A DNA stretch of 64,000 nt from an uncultured Candidatus Actinomarina sp. (GTDB lineage: Bacteria > Actinomycetota > Acidimicrobiia > Actinomarinales > Actinomarinaceae). Positions 47,296-57,622 of this stretch are shown one piece after another. The translations under genes were made by a program, and so were the position numbers. The stretch is from contig CACPJC010000003.1 in NCBI GenBank assembly GCA_902634185.1, positions 96,001-160,000 on the forward strand. Direction: 5' to 3'. The notes below the pieces were generated by a model. It saw only the letters and a list, made by a program, of their open reading frames with translations. It had not been told where the DNA came from and ran no database searches. Position 1 is the first letter of the stretch. Each line of letters starts with the position of its first letter.

Positions 47296-48515
47296 GCAAA
47301 TTTTCAGACATAAAAAAAGATTTTCCAATATTTGAAAGAGATATCAATGGAAAGAAATTAACTTACTTAGACTCAGGTGCAACCTCACAGAAACCTAACT
47401 CAGTAATAGATAAGATGAATGATATTTACAAATTTAATAATGCAAATGTTCACAGAGGAACTTATGTGCTTTCATCAGAAACTACCAGCGAATATGAATC
47501 AGTTAGGTATAAGCTTCAATCTTTCTTAAATGCATCTGAATCAGATGAGATAATTTTTACTAAGGGTACAACTGAAGCACTTAATTTTTTAGCTAATTCA
47601 ATAGCAAATAAATTTATGGGTGAGGGTGATGAGATTATCTTATCGGAGATTGAACATCATGCAAATATTATCCCTTGGCAAATGGTTGCAGAAAAATACA
47701 AATTAACCATTAATTACGTAAAAGTAAATGATGACTTTTCACTAGATCTTGATGATTTATCTTCAAAGCTTTCATCAAAAACAAAAGTGGTTTCAATTGT
47801 TGGTGAATCTAATCTTTCTGGAATGCTCCCAGATATTAAAGAAATAAATAATTTAGTTAGATCAAATTCTGATGCTTTACTAATTATTGATGGTGCTCAA
47901 TTAGTACCACATAGAAAAGTAGATGTTCAGGATTTAGGAATTGATTTCTTAGTATTCTCCGGACATAAAATGCTTGGACCTACTGGTATTGGTGTTGTTT
48001 GGGGCAAGAAAGAATTATTGAATTCTCTTGATCCAGTTTATGGAGGTGGAGATATGATTGAAGAAGTTCATTATGATAAAGCAACTTGGGCACCCGTTCC
48101 TCATAAATTCGAAGCAGGAACTCCCCCATACGTAGAGGCAATTGGCCTTGGAGCAGCTGTAGATTATTTAGAAAATTTAGGTATGTCTGAGGTTGAAAAA
48201 CATTCTGATGAATTGCGTGAATACGGTAGAAAAGTTTTACTAGATATCGATGGTGTGAATGTAATACATGCCGAACAAGATATTGCAGGATGTACTTTTG
48301 GTATGTATGTTGACGGTGTTCATGCAGCAGACCTTTCGTTAATGCTAGATACACATGGAGTTGCTGTAAGAGCAGGTCATCATTGTGTTCAACCATTTCA
48401 CAGAAAATTAGGTATTGATGCAACTATTAGATCAACAGCCTACATTTATAACGACAAAGAAGATATTGACACATTAAAGTCAGCACTAATATCTAGTGTC
48501 GAAATATTGAGATAA
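47292..48515 (+). CDS. sufS: Cysteine desulfurase (SufS type)
   Basis: YLDSGATSQKP, EHHANIIPW, FSGHKMLGPTGIG, FEAGTP and RAGHHC motifs. Confidence 0.94.
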   Translation: MSKFSDIKKDFPIFERDINGKKLTYLDSGATSQKPNSVIDKMNDIYKFNNANVHRGTYVLSSETTSEYESVRYKLQSFLNASESDEIIFTKGTTEALNFLANSIANKFMGEGDEIILSEIEHHANIIPWQMVAEKYKLTINYVKVNDDFSLDLDDLSSKLSSKTKVVSIVGESNLSGMLPDIKEINNLVRSNSDALLIIDGAQLVPHRKVDVQDLGIDFLVFSGHKMLGPTGIGVVWGKKELLNSLDPVYGGGDMIEEVHYDKATWAPVPHKFEAGTPPYVEAIGLGAAVDYLENLGMSEVEKHSDELREYGRKVLLDIDGVNVIHAEQDIAGCTFGMYVDGVHAADLSLMLDTHGVAVRAGHHCVQPFHRKLGIDATIRSTAYIYNDKEDIDTLKSALISSVEILR

Positions 48516-48517
48516 AA

Positions 48518-48931
48518 ATGTCTATAAGAGAAAAAGTTGATGAATACAAAAAAATACTAGATATTTTCCCAAATGATCAGGAAAAATATCAATATTTAAT
48601 TGAAAAAGCTAAAGAGAATGATTCTTTTCCTCTAGAACTACGACTCGATAACTTTAAAGTAAATGGTTGTCAAAGCCAAGTTTGGCTTGTTCCTGAAGAA
48701 AAAGATGAAAAACTTTTTTTTAATAGTGATTCAGATGCTCTTATTGCAAAAGGATTGGTTACTTTAATTGCATCAATATACTCTGATGAAAAAGCAGAAG
48801 ATATTGTTTCGTCAGAAATTGATTTGATGGAAGAATTTGAGCTAGGTGTAATTTTAAGTCCTGCTCGTAGAAATGGAGCTTACAGCATGCTCAAAACAAT
48901 TAAAGAGTATGCTAAAAATCTAGTTTCTTAG
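48518..48931 (+). CDS. sufE: Sulfur acceptor protein
   Basis: VNGCQSQVWL, DSDALIAKG and LSPARRNG motifs. Confidence 0.92.
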   Translation: MSIREKVDEYKKILDIFPNDQEKYQYLIEKAKENDSFPLELRLDNFKVNGCQSQVWLVPEEKDEKLFFNSDSDALIAKGLVTLIASIYSDEKAEDIVSSEIDLMEEFELGVILSPARRNGAYSMLKTIKEYAKNLVS

Positions 48932-48932
48932 A

Positions 48933-49385
48933 TTATTGTTTCCACCAAGATTCATGTGGAAAATCCACCCATACATTTTCTGTATCTTTTGCTAAATCCC
49001 TTATATAATAATGAGGTTCAAAATCGCATTCATTGTTCCACCAGAGCGATACAAATCTAACATCACATTCATGATTTATATTTTCTTTTATATATTCAGA
49101 AAGCCTTTCAAAGGTTTCACCGCTGTCACAAATATCATCAACAATAAGAACTTTTTCATCTTTAGACTTGGGTAAGTAATTTTCCCAATGTGGAAAATCT
49201 CTTGTTGATGCATGTACTGGCTTAAATGGAATATTTAATTTATGAGAAATCATAACTCCGGGTATTAACCCTCCACGACTAATACCAACAATTACATCTG
49301 GAACAAAATCATCTTTCTCAATAAGTTCACAAATTTCGTTTGTATCTTTTAGTTGTTCATCCCAAGAGTAAAATAATTTTTCCAT
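48933..49385 (-). CDS. Purine phosphoribosyltransferase (xanthine/hypoxanthine-guanine type)
   Basis: VGISRGGLIPG, VLIVDDICDSGET (PRPP motif) and WVDFPHE. Start taken at MEKLF. Confidence 0.75.
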   Translation of the reverse strand: MEKLFYSWDEQLKDTNEICELIEKDDFVPDVIVGISRGGLIPGVMISHKLNIPFKPVHASTRDFPHWENYLPKSKDEKVLIVDDICDSGETFERLSEYIKENINHECDVRFVSLWWNNECDFEPHYYIRDLAKDTENVWVDFPHESWWKQ

Positions 49386-49513
49386 AATTGTAAGTGCTAA
49401 TTCTATCAAAAATTTAAATCATAAATCTTGTTTCTTTCATAAAAAAATGATTCCTAAAAGAATAATGTACTGAAGCCAATGTCTATAATGAAAATTATGA
49501 AAAGGAGGTAAGG

Positions 49514-50521
49514 ATGCGCAGAAGTTGGGCAGTAGGCCTAATTATTATCAGTATTCTTACTATGGCCTGCGGTGGAGCCGCAGACGTAGATGATTACAAA
49601 GCTGCATTTGTGTATGTAGGACCAGCTGACGATGGTGGATGGTCACAAGCACATGATGTGGGTCGACAATTCTTAGTAGATGAAACTGGAATCGAAACAG
49701 CTTACACAGAGCTAATTCCTGAGGATGCTACTGAGTTCAGAACAGTTGCAGAAGCTTATATTGAACAAGGTTACAATATTATTTTTGGAACAACCTTTGG
49801 TTACATTGATGCTATGGCAGAAATGGCAGAGGAATATCCAGACGTAATATTCCTTCATTGTTCAGGCTACTTAAGTAATGACAGTAACTTTGGAAACTAT
49901 TTTGGAAAAATGTATCAACCAAGATACCTATCTGGTTTAGCTGCAGGAGCAATGACAGAATCAAACAAAATCGGTTATGTTGCTGCATTTCCTATTCCTG
50001 AGGTTATTAGAGGAATCAATGCTTTTGCTACTGGTGTAAAAGAAGTAAATCCAGATGCTACAGTTGAGGTTGTTTGGACATTCACATGGTTTGGACCTGA
50101 AGAGGAAACTCAGGCAGCAAATGCTCTAATTGAGACAGGTGTGGATGTATTAGCTCAACACCAAGACTCACCTTCAACTGGTGTAGTTGCAGAAGCAAAT
50201 GGAGCAAAATGGATCTCATATAACACTGCATACGGTCAAGAAGCTGCACCGGGCGCATTTGTTACAGCTCCAGTTTGGGCCTGGGGACCATATTATGTTG
50301 ACGTTGTAAATTCAATTATCGATGGTGAATTTGCAGGTGGTGCTTATTGGGGTGGAATGGATACTGGACTTGTCTCATTATATGACTTAAGCTCTGATGT
50401 TCCATCTGACATTGCCGATTTAATTTCACAAAGAACAGATGAAATTATTGCAGGTGATTTTGATCCTCCAATAGTTGAGGAAGAGTTCATCGACAACGTT
50501 ATTGGTACAGTTAGCCCGTAA
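49514..50521 (+). CDS. BMP-family nucleoside ABC transporter substrate-binding lipoprotein
   Basis: Lipobox-like TMAC, FVYVGPADDGGWSQAH and IPEVIRGINAF motifs; strong SD AGGAGG. Confidence 0.9.
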   Translation: MRRSWAVGLIIISILTMACGGAADVDDYKAAFVYVGPADDGGWSQAHDVGRQFLVDETGIETAYTELIPEDATEFRTVAEAYIEQGYNIIFGTTFGYIDAMAEMAEEYPDVIFLHCSGYLSNDSNFGNYFGKMYQPRYLSGLAAGAMTESNKIGYVAAFPIPEVIRGINAFATGVKEVNPDATVEVVWTFTWFGPEEETQAANALIETGVDVLAQHQDSPSTGVVAEANGAKWISYNTAYGQEAAPGAFVTAPVWAWGPYYVDVVNSIIDGEFAGGAYWGGMDTGLVSLYDLSSDVPSDIADLISQRTDEIIAGDFDPPIVEEEFIDNVIGTVSP

Positions 50522-50532
50522 CAATTATTTTT

Positions 50533-50565
50533 AAAACACTCCAGCTTTAATGCTGGAGTGTTTTT
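50533..50565 (+). terminator. Intercistronic hairpin (terminator or mRNA stabiliser) after the binding-protein gene
   Basis: AAAACACTCCAGC-TTTAAT-GCTGGAGTGTTTT perfect 13-bp inverted repeat ending in a T run. Confidence 0.75.
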
Positions 50566-50579
50566 ACTACCATTACTAA

Positions 50580-52076
50580 ATGAAAAAATATATTCTCGAA
50601 GCAAAAAATATTTCAAAATCTTTTGGAAATGTGAAAGCACTTGAGGATGTAAACTTCTATCTTCAAAAAGGAAAAATTCATGGCTTACTTGGGGAAAATG
50701 GTGCGGGTAAATCATCATTAATGAATATACTTTCGGGAATCTATCAGCCTGAAAAAGGAAGTATATATATTAATGATATTAAACAAAAAAGTCTTGATCC
50801 TGAGTCTGCATCAGAACTTGGAATTGGAATGGTACACCAAGAATTCAGACTTATAGAAAGTTTTAGTATTCAAGACAACTTAACACTTTCAAAAGCAAAT
50901 ATTTATCAAGACAATTTCAAAGAAGCATATGACAAATATTCTGAAATATTTTCTTTATCTGTAAATCCTGAAAAGAAAATTGTACAACTTTCAGTTGGAG
51001 AAAAGCAAAAAATTGAAATAATGAAATTAATTTTTAAAAACAGCAACATTATGCTTTTAGATGAACCTACTGCTGTTTTGACACCTCAAGAAACAGACCA
51101 ACTAAGGATTTCTCTAGAAAGATTGTCAGATGAAGATGAAAAAACCATTGTATTGATTTCTCATAAACTTAGAGAAATCAGAGATTTTACAGAAAAAGTT
51201 TTTGTAATGAAAAATGGAAAAATGGTTGCTGAAGATCTTTCAACGGTAGATGTTACTGACGATGATCTTGTTGAATTAATGATGGGAAGTATACAAAAAT
51301 CAATTATCGACAAATCAAATAAGACTGGAGATACAAAATTAAGCGTAGAGTCAATCGAATATATCGATAGAGTAAGTAATTATAAGATTTTAGAAGATAT
51401 TAGTTTAGAAATAAAAGCTGGCGAAATTCTTGGCATTGCAGGAGTATCTGGAAATGGACAAGTAGAACTTGCAAATATTATTAGTGGTGTTGAGATTGAT
51501 TATTCTGGAAAAATATTCATTAATAATAAAGATGTTTCAAGAAAAGGAGTTAAGTCTCGAAAAAAACTTAATTTGTCTTACATTCCTGAAAATAGGCTTG
51601 GTGTAGGATTAGCACCAGGTGTCTCTGTTTTAGACAATTCAATAGTTAGAGATTATTTCAAAACAAGACTGGGTCCACATCTCTCTAGATCTAAAACTGA
51701 AACTTATCTTGAAAGTTTAATTAAAAAATTTTCAATTAAAGCTCCAGATTCGAAGGCGGAAATATCAACTTTATCAGGTGGAAATATGCAGAAGTTATTG
51801 ATGGGAAGAGAGTTGGTCAGTAATCCAGAAGTAATTATTGCTTCGCAACCAACGAGAGGTCTTGATGTAAATGCTGTAGAAGCTATTCATACCTTGCTCG
51901 TTGACCAAAGAGATAAGGGCTCAGCTATTTTGTTGATTTCAGAGGATCTTGATGAATTATTTAAATTAAGCAATCGTCTACATGTTATGTATGAAGGAAA
52001 AATTGTAAAATCATTCGACATTGACAATGCAGATATTAATAATGTTGGTCTTGCAATGGCAGGTGTAATTGAATAA
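50580..52076 (+). CDS. Nucleoside/sugar ABC transporter ATPase (two domains)
   Basis: GENGAGKSS, LSVGEKQ, LSGGNMQK and QPTRGLD motifs. Confidence 0.92.
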   Translation: MKKYILEAKNISKSFGNVKALEDVNFYLQKGKIHGLLGENGAGKSSLMNILSGIYQPEKGSIYINDIKQKSLDPESASELGIGMVHQEFRLIESFSIQDNLTLSKANIYQDNFKEAYDKYSEIFSLSVNPEKKIVQLSVGEKQKIEIMKLIFKNSNIMLLDEPTAVLTPQETDQLRISLERLSDEDEKTIVLISHKLREIRDFTEKVFVMKNGKMVAEDLSTVDVTDDDLVELMMGSIQKSIIDKSNKTGDTKLSVESIEYIDRVSNYKILEDISLEIKAGEILGIAGVSGNGQVELANIISGVEIDYSGKIFINNKDVSRKGVKSRKKLNLSYIPENRLGVGLAPGVSVLDNSIVRDYFKTRLGPHLSRSKTETYLESLIKKFSIKAPDSKAEISTLSGGNMQKLLMGRELVSNPEVIIASQPTRGLDVNAVEAIHTLLVDQRDKGSAILLISEDLDELFKLSNRLHVMYEGKIVKSFDIDNADINNVGLAMAGVIE

Positions 52077-53127
52077 CTTTAAACTTTTTAAAAGACAAAC
52101 AGTAAATGAACTATCAACTTTTTACTCTTTTTTAATAGGATTTATAATTGCCATAATTATTGGTTCGATAATATTACTTATACAGGACAAAAATCCAATA
52201 GATACTTTTTCATTAATGTTAAGACTCTCTGTGGGAAGTGTTAATAGCTTAAGCTCATCTTTAAATAAAGCGATTCCACTTATACTTGCTGGTCTGGGAA
52301 TTTCTATTATTAATTCTGTCAAGTTATGGAATATTGGTGCAGAAGGCCAAATTTTCTTAGGGGCCATTGCAGTAAATTTTATTTACATAAATACTCAATT
52401 TAATAACCCCTCGTTTCATATTCTCGTTTTGCTCCTTGCTGGTTTTGTTGGTGGATCAGTTTGCATATTGATACCAGCAATAACAAAAGTAGTTTTTGGC
52501 GTAAATGAAATAATTACGACACTATTAACAAACTATATAGTTTTTGGTGTGACAATTTTTCTTATTAATGGTCCATGGAAAGATCCTAAGTCTTTAAATT
52601 TTCCAGCTGCAGCATATGTCGGTGAGGAAGTATTTTTACCGACAGTAATTGGGAAGCTTAGTTTTGGGTTTTTAATATGTATACTTTTTACTTTCGTAGC
52701 TCATTATCTCAAAAATAAATCTGTATTTGGTTTTGAAATGAGAATTGCTGGTGGGTCTGCAATGACTGCTATTTATGCAGGAATTAATGCAAAACAAAAA
52801 GCTTTTATTGCCATGTTGATTGGCGGAGGTTTTGCTGGACTTGCAGGTGCTATCGAATTGTTAAGCCAAACACACAGAGTCTCTACTGGAATTTCGCAAG
52901 GTTTTGGATATACGGCAATAATTGTTGCTGCAATTACTGGCATGAGACCACTTGGAATTTTCTTAGTTGGTTCTTTATTTGGTGCTCTCTCAATTGGTGG
53001 ATCTGTAATACAAACAATTGGAGTAAGTACTTATATTGCAGATATAATTCAGGCTTCAACTCTTTTTGGTGCACTTATAATTCAATTTTTCTTTACTTAT
53101 CAAATAAAAAGAGTAGAAAATGATTGA
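52069..53127 (+). CDS. Nucleoside ABC transporter permease
   Basis: WNIGAEGQ, VNEIITTLL and GFGYTAIIVA motifs. Confidence 0.88.
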   Translation: MNNFKLFKRQTVNELSTFYSFLIGFIIAIIIGSIILLIQDKNPIDTFSLMLRLSVGSVNSLSSSLNKAIPLILAGLGISIINSVKLWNIGAEGQIFLGAIAVNFIYINTQFNNPSFHILVLLLAGFVGGSVCILIPAITKVVFGVNEIITTLLTNYIVFGVTIFLINGPWKDPKSLNFPAAAYVGEEVFLPTVIGKLSFGFLICILFTFVAHYLKNKSVFGFEMRIAGGSAMTAIYAGINAKQKAFIAMLIGGGFAGLAGAIELLSQTHRVSTGISQGFGYTAIIVAAITGMRPLGIFLVGSLFGALSIGGSVIQTIGVSTYIADIIQASTLFGALIIQFFFTYQIKRVEND

Positions 53128-54043
53128 TATTCAACTTATTGGACTTTTAAATGCAACATTGCAAGCAGCAACTTTGTTATTCATTGCTGCATTGGGAGAA
53201 TTAATTACCGAAAAATCTGGAATACTCAACCTTGGAGTAGAAGGTATGATCTCAGTTGGTGCGGTAACTGGCTTCATGACAGCAATTAATACGGAAAATA
53301 TATTCCTGGCAGTTTTAGTTGGTGTTTTGTCTTCCTCTATCTTTGCATCAATACATGCACTTGTTACTGTTGTTTTAAAACAAGACCAAACAGTCTCAGG
53401 ATTGATTCTTACAATTTTAGGTTTAGCCCTCTCATCATTACTTGGGAAAAATTACGTCGGAAGAAAGCTTGTTACAAAATTAGAAAGTGTTAGCTCAATA
53501 ACAGAACCTTCAAATATAATTGAGGTCTTAATCAGCCAAAATATAATCTTTTATTTAGCTGTTGTTTTAATGATATCTACATCCTTTGTATTAAAACGAA
53601 CAATGTTTGGTAGAAGGCTTGAAGCTGTCGGGGAGGACTCTAAATCATCAGATTCAATGGGTTTAAAAGTTGCAAAAACACAATTTATCGCAACTTGTGT
53701 AGGAGGTGCATTTGCAGGACTTTCAGGTGTTTATCTCACACTAAGTTATGTTCCATATTGGACTGATAACATGACTTCAGGAAGAGGCTGGATTGCTTTA
53801 GCACTTGTTATATTTGGGGGTTGGAAGCCATATAGAACTGCTTTGGGTGCACTTTTGTTTGGATTTCTAGAAGCCTTGGTTCCAAGATTACAAACTTATG
53901 GTTTTGAATTAAGTCCTTACATAGTAAAAATAACTCCATACGTAATTACGATTTTGGTTTTAGTTATTCTTACAATCTATAAAGGAGGAAAGACAGGAGC
54001 ACCTAGAAATATTGGAGTTCCATTTTTTCGAGAAAATAGATAA
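53120..54043 (+). CDS. Nucleoside ABC transporter permease
   Basis: EKSGILNLGVEGM, AVGED and GRGWIALALVIFGGWKP motifs. Confidence 0.88.
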   Translation: MIDIQLIGLLNATLQAATLLFIAALGELITEKSGILNLGVEGMISVGAVTGFMTAINTENIFLAVLVGVLSSSIFASIHALVTVVLKQDQTVSGLILTILGLALSSLLGKNYVGRKLVTKLESVSSITEPSNIIEVLISQNIIFYLAVVLMISTSFVLKRTMFGRRLEAVGEDSKSSDSMGLKVAKTQFIATCVGGAFAGLSGVYLTLSYVPYWTDNMTSGRGWIALALVIFGGWKPYRTALGALLFGFLEALVPRLQTYGFELSPYIVKITPYVITILVLVILTIYKGGKTGAPRNIGVPFFRENR

Positions 54044-54084
54044 TTAACCAAACGTATTCAACAAGTTTGGTAATATATATATAG

Positions 54085-54115
54085 CTTTAAACAATGTCAG
54101 CGAGCATTGAAAGGA
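54085..54115 (+). promoter_or_regulatory. PyrR-binding RNA loop overlapping the pyrR ribosome-binding site
   Basis: CUUUAA-A-CAAUG-[UCAGCGAG]-CAUUG-AAAGGA contains the CUUUAA element and a CNGNGAG loop; CUUU pairs with the AAAG of the SD. Confidence 0.7.
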
Positions 54116-54119
54116 TAAA

Positions 54120-54596
54120 ATGACAATAGATAAAATTCTATTCCGCCTCAGTAAAGAAATCATTGAATCAAACACAGATAATCCATACTTATTAGGCATA
54201 CCAAAAAGAGGAGATCTTCTAGCTCAAAGGATATCTAATAATTTATTGAGCGAAAACTTTAAACACGACATAGGAAAAGTAGATTACTTACCGTTCAGAG
54301 ATGATTTAGATAAGAATCCAAAAAAGAACAATCTTGCTATATCACCAAAAGATAGAGAAGTTATATTAATTGATGACGTTATTTATACCGGCAGAACATT
54401 AAGGGCATCTATTGAAGCTGTAATGTACTCTGGTCGACCTAAATCTATTTCACTTTTATGTTTAATTGACCGAGGACATAGAGAATTACCTATCACCCCT
54501 AAATTTGTAGGTAAAAATATACCAACTAATCAAGATGAGTATGTTTCCGTTTTTTTGAAAGAAATAGATAACGAAGACAAGGTCGAGGTTACATAG
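54120..54596 (+). CDS. pyrR: Pyrimidine operon regulator / uracil phosphoribosyltransferase
   Basis: FRDD, VILIDDVIYTGRT and DRGHRELPI...VGKNIPT motifs. Confidence 0.93.
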   Translation: MTIDKILFRLSKEIIESNTDNPYLLGIPKRGDLLAQRISNNLLSENFKHDIGKVDYLPFRDDLDKNPKKNNLAISPKDREVILIDDVIYTGRTLRASIEAVMYSGRPKSISLLCLIDRGHRELPITPKFVGKNIPTNQDEYVSVFLKEIDNEDKVEVT

Positions 54597-54598
54597 AA

Positions 54599-55477
54599 AT
54601 GAAACATCTTTTAGATTTTCAAGATGTAAACAAAAATCATTTAGAAAATCTAATTGACAAAACTAGAAGTCTTGAAGTTAAACTAGAAAATCTCGGCTCT
54701 TTAGCTCTATTAAAGTTTGACGAACCTTCAACAAGAACGAGACTTTCTTTTGCAATAGCAGCAGATAAACTTGGAATTAAAACTTTCGAAACTTCAGATG
54801 TAGTATCGGCGAAACAAAAAGGGGAAATTCTTAAACATGAGATAGAGACATATGTTTCTATGGGTATTGAAGTTTTAGTATTAAGGACAAAAGAAAATAA
54901 TATCGATGATTATCGAGAATTTAATAACATCAGTGTTATAAGTGCTGGTTTTGGAAATAAATCTCATCCAACTCAAGCATTGATAGATATATCTACACTA
55001 TATAGCCTGAATAAAATCAATGAAAAACGTACCCCTGTAACTTATGTTGGGGACGTAAAACATTCAAGAGTTTTTGAATCTGGAAGACAGCTCCTAAATA
55101 TATTAGGATTCAAAGTTGGTGTCTTTACAGATAAAAAACTATTACCCGACAATAAAAATGACCTTGAAATTTATCAATCATGGGATGAAGTATTTGAAAA
55201 TTCTAACGCAATAGAACTTCTAAGAATACAGAAAGAAAGATTAGAAGACAATGAAGAACTAAGCTTTGACGAATACATAAATAGTTATCAACTTACAAAT
55301 GAAGTTTTAAGTAAATCTCAAAGTGATTTAGCTGTTCTTCATCCAATGCCAATCAATATTGGTATTGAGATTTCTAAAGAAGCTATTGAAGATAGCAAAA
55401 TGAAATATAAAGACCAGCTTTTACACGCAATACCTTCACGAGTTACAGCCTTCAAATATGTAAGGGATGAAATATGA
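54599..55477 (+). CDS. pyrB: Aspartate carbamoyltransferase catalytic subunit
   Basis: EPSTRTRLSF, HPTQAL, GDVKHSRV, LRIQKER and LHPMP motifs. Confidence 0.93.
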   Translation: MKHLLDFQDVNKNHLENLIDKTRSLEVKLENLGSLALLKFDEPSTRTRLSFAIAADKLGIKTFETSDVVSAKQKGEILKHEIETYVSMGIEVLVLRTKENNIDDYREFNNISVISAGFGNKSHPTQALIDISTLYSLNKINEKRTPVTYVGDVKHSRVFESGRQLLNILGFKVGVFTDKKLLPDNKNDLEIYQSWDEVFENSNAIELLRIQKERLEDNEELSFDEYINSYQLTNEVLSKSQSDLAVLHPMPINIGIEISKEAIEDSKMKYKDQLLHAIPSRVTAFKYVRDEI

Positions 55478-56529
55478 TTGAAATTCCTGGATTTATCGAT
55501 CTACATACCCATACAAGATATCCTGACAATAATAAATTTCCTTTCATCGATATCGATGATTCAGCAATTAATGGTGGTTTCTCAACAATCCTCGCAATGC
55601 CAAATTCTGAAATACCTATTGACTCAATCAAAAACCTACGAATTGCAGAGGAAATAGACAAAAAATTAAAAACAAAGGTACACCGTGTTGGCTCATTGAC
55701 CATAAATTTAGAAGGAAAAGAACTTGTTAATTATAAAGAATTCGTTGAAAACGGTATCACAATTTTTTCAGATGATGGAAAATCTTTAATTGATGATCAT
55801 TTAGCTGATGAGGCATTTAAACAAATTAGCAAACTTGGTGGTGCAGTCTTTCAACATTGTGAAAAAAGTTGTCACTCCAAGCCTGGTGATATTGCTCCAC
55901 CAAATAGTGATAGTGACTTGATTCCAATAAATAATGATGAGGAGTTGGAAGTTCTTGAAAGAGACTTAAGTTTATCTGAAAAATACGGGACAAGATACCA
56001 TGCTCAGCACCTTTCAACTTTTGAAAGTGTTCAGCTGATAAAAAAAGCAAAACAAGAGGGTCTTCCTGTCACTGCGGAAGTAACACCACATCATATACTT
56101 CTAAATAATGAAAATTTAGACACAAATAATGGACTATTTAAGATGTACCCACCCCTCAGAACTGAAAAGGACAGAGAGGGATTGGTTGATGGCTTACAGT
56201 CTGAAATTATAGATGTCATTGCTACAGATCACGCACCTCATAAAGCAGAAACTAAAAATGTCCCTTTTAAGGATGCTAATCGTGGCGTTGTTGGTCTTGA
56301 ATCAGCTTTTCCCTTGATTTATAGTTCAAATATTTTTGATATAGATCAAATGTTGAAATTTTTAGTCGTAAATCCTACAAAAATACTCAATGAACTTGGT
56401 TACGAAATTCCCAAGACGGTAAATACATGGAAGAAATCAAAGTCAGTTTTTATTACAAAATCAAAATTCAAAAATTCATTATTTGAAAATGAAAATATAG
56501 AAATTGTAAGGGTTCTTTCAGGTGTATAA
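55474..56529 (+). CDS. pyrC: Dihydroorotase
   Basis: PGFIDLHTHTR, MPN, SDDG, EVTPHH and ATDHAPH motifs. Confidence 0.92.
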   Translation: MIEIPGFIDLHTHTRYPDNNKFPFIDIDDSAINGGFSTILAMPNSEIPIDSIKNLRIAEEIDKKLKTKVHRVGSLTINLEGKELVNYKEFVENGITIFSDDGKSLIDDHLADEAFKQISKLGGAVFQHCEKSCHSKPGDIAPPNSDSDLIPINNDEELEVLERDLSLSEKYGTRYHAQHLSTFESVQLIKKAKQEGLPVTAEVTPHHILLNNENLDTNNGLFKMYPPLRTEKDREGLVDGLQSEIIDVIATDHAPHKAETKNVPFKDANRGVVGLESAFPLIYSSNIFDIDQMLKFLVVNPTKILNELGYEIPKTVNTWKKSKSVFITKSKFKNSLFENENIEIVRVLSGV

Positions 56530-57622
56530 AAAAGCAATTCTGTTGAATCAAAATGGTGATGAATTTCTAGGTTGGACAACTGAAATATTTGAGCCAACAA
56601 CTGGAGAACTTATTTTCAATACAGCGATGACTGGGTTTGTCGAAATATTAAGTGATCCATCATATATAAATCAGATTGTAACTTTTACTTCCTCACATAT
56701 AGGAAATTACGGTATGTCAAAAAATGATTTTGAATCCAATAAACCAAAAATTGAAGCAGCAATTGGAAATTCTTTTACAAACACTCCATCTTCATGGAGA
56801 TCTGAGAAATCAATAACGTCATGGTTGAAAGAATATGAGATTCCATACAGTGGTGGATTTGATGTAAGAAATATAACAAAATATCTAAGAGACAACGGTT
56901 CGAGTATGTTTGCACTTGGTATAGATGTCGATACAAGAGATTTAAAGGAAATTTTATCAAAAGCAAAAAATATTCTTGGTGACAGTTCAGCAATGACTGC
57001 AGGAAACCAGAATAATGAAAACACTCCAACTGAAGGAAAGATTGGAATTATAGATCTTGGAGCTAAAAGAAGCATTATAAAAGTGCTTGAAGACCATGAT
57101 TACAAAGTTGTAATGATCTCCCCCTCTACGACATCAAATGAGATTTTAAAAATGAATTTAAAAGGTCTTTTAATTTCGAACGGACCAGGTGACCCAAGAT
57201 CATTGCTTACAGTAATAGATACCGTTCAAAACCTTATAGGAAAACTTCCAATATTTGGAATTTGTCTTGGTCATCAAATACTTGCTTTGGCTTGTGGTCT
57301 TAAAGTTAAAAAAATGCAATTTGGTCATCATGGTTCAAATCACCCAGTTGAAATAGAGGGAATAAAAAAAGCACTAATAACCGCACAGAACCATGGTTTC
57401 TCTATTGAGGAGTTTGAAGATGGGTTTGAGCATGAAAATTTTGGAAACATTAGTGTCTTTGCAAGGAATTTAAATGATGGAACAAATGAAGGAATTAGTC
57501 TTTGGGATTCCATGGCGTACTCAGTTCAATTTCATCCAGAATCAGGACCTGGTACAACTGATGGATTACAAATTTTTAATCCTTTTTTTGAAATGATTGA
57601 GAATAACTATGGCAAAAAATAA
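56522..57622 (+). CDS. carA: Carbamoyl-phosphate synthase small subunit
   Basis: FNTAMTG..E..SDPSY, SNGPGDP, GICLGHQ and QFHPE motifs. Confidence 0.96.
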   Translation: MYKKAILLNQNGDEFLGWTTEIFEPTTGELIFNTAMTGFVEILSDPSYINQIVTFTSSHIGNYGMSKNDFESNKPKIEAAIGNSFTNTPSSWRSEKSITSWLKEYEIPYSGGFDVRNITKYLRDNGSSMFALGIDVDTRDLKEILSKAKNILGDSSAMTAGNQNNENTPTEGKIGIIDLGAKRSIIKVLEDHDYKVVMISPSTTSNEILKMNLKGLLISNGPGDPRSLLTVIDTVQNLIGKLPIFGICLGHQILALACGLKVKKMQFGHHGSNHPVEIEGIKKALITAQNHGFSIEEFEDGFEHENFGNISVFARNLNDGTNEGISLWDSMAYSVQFHPESGPGTTDGLQIFNPFFEMIENNYGKK

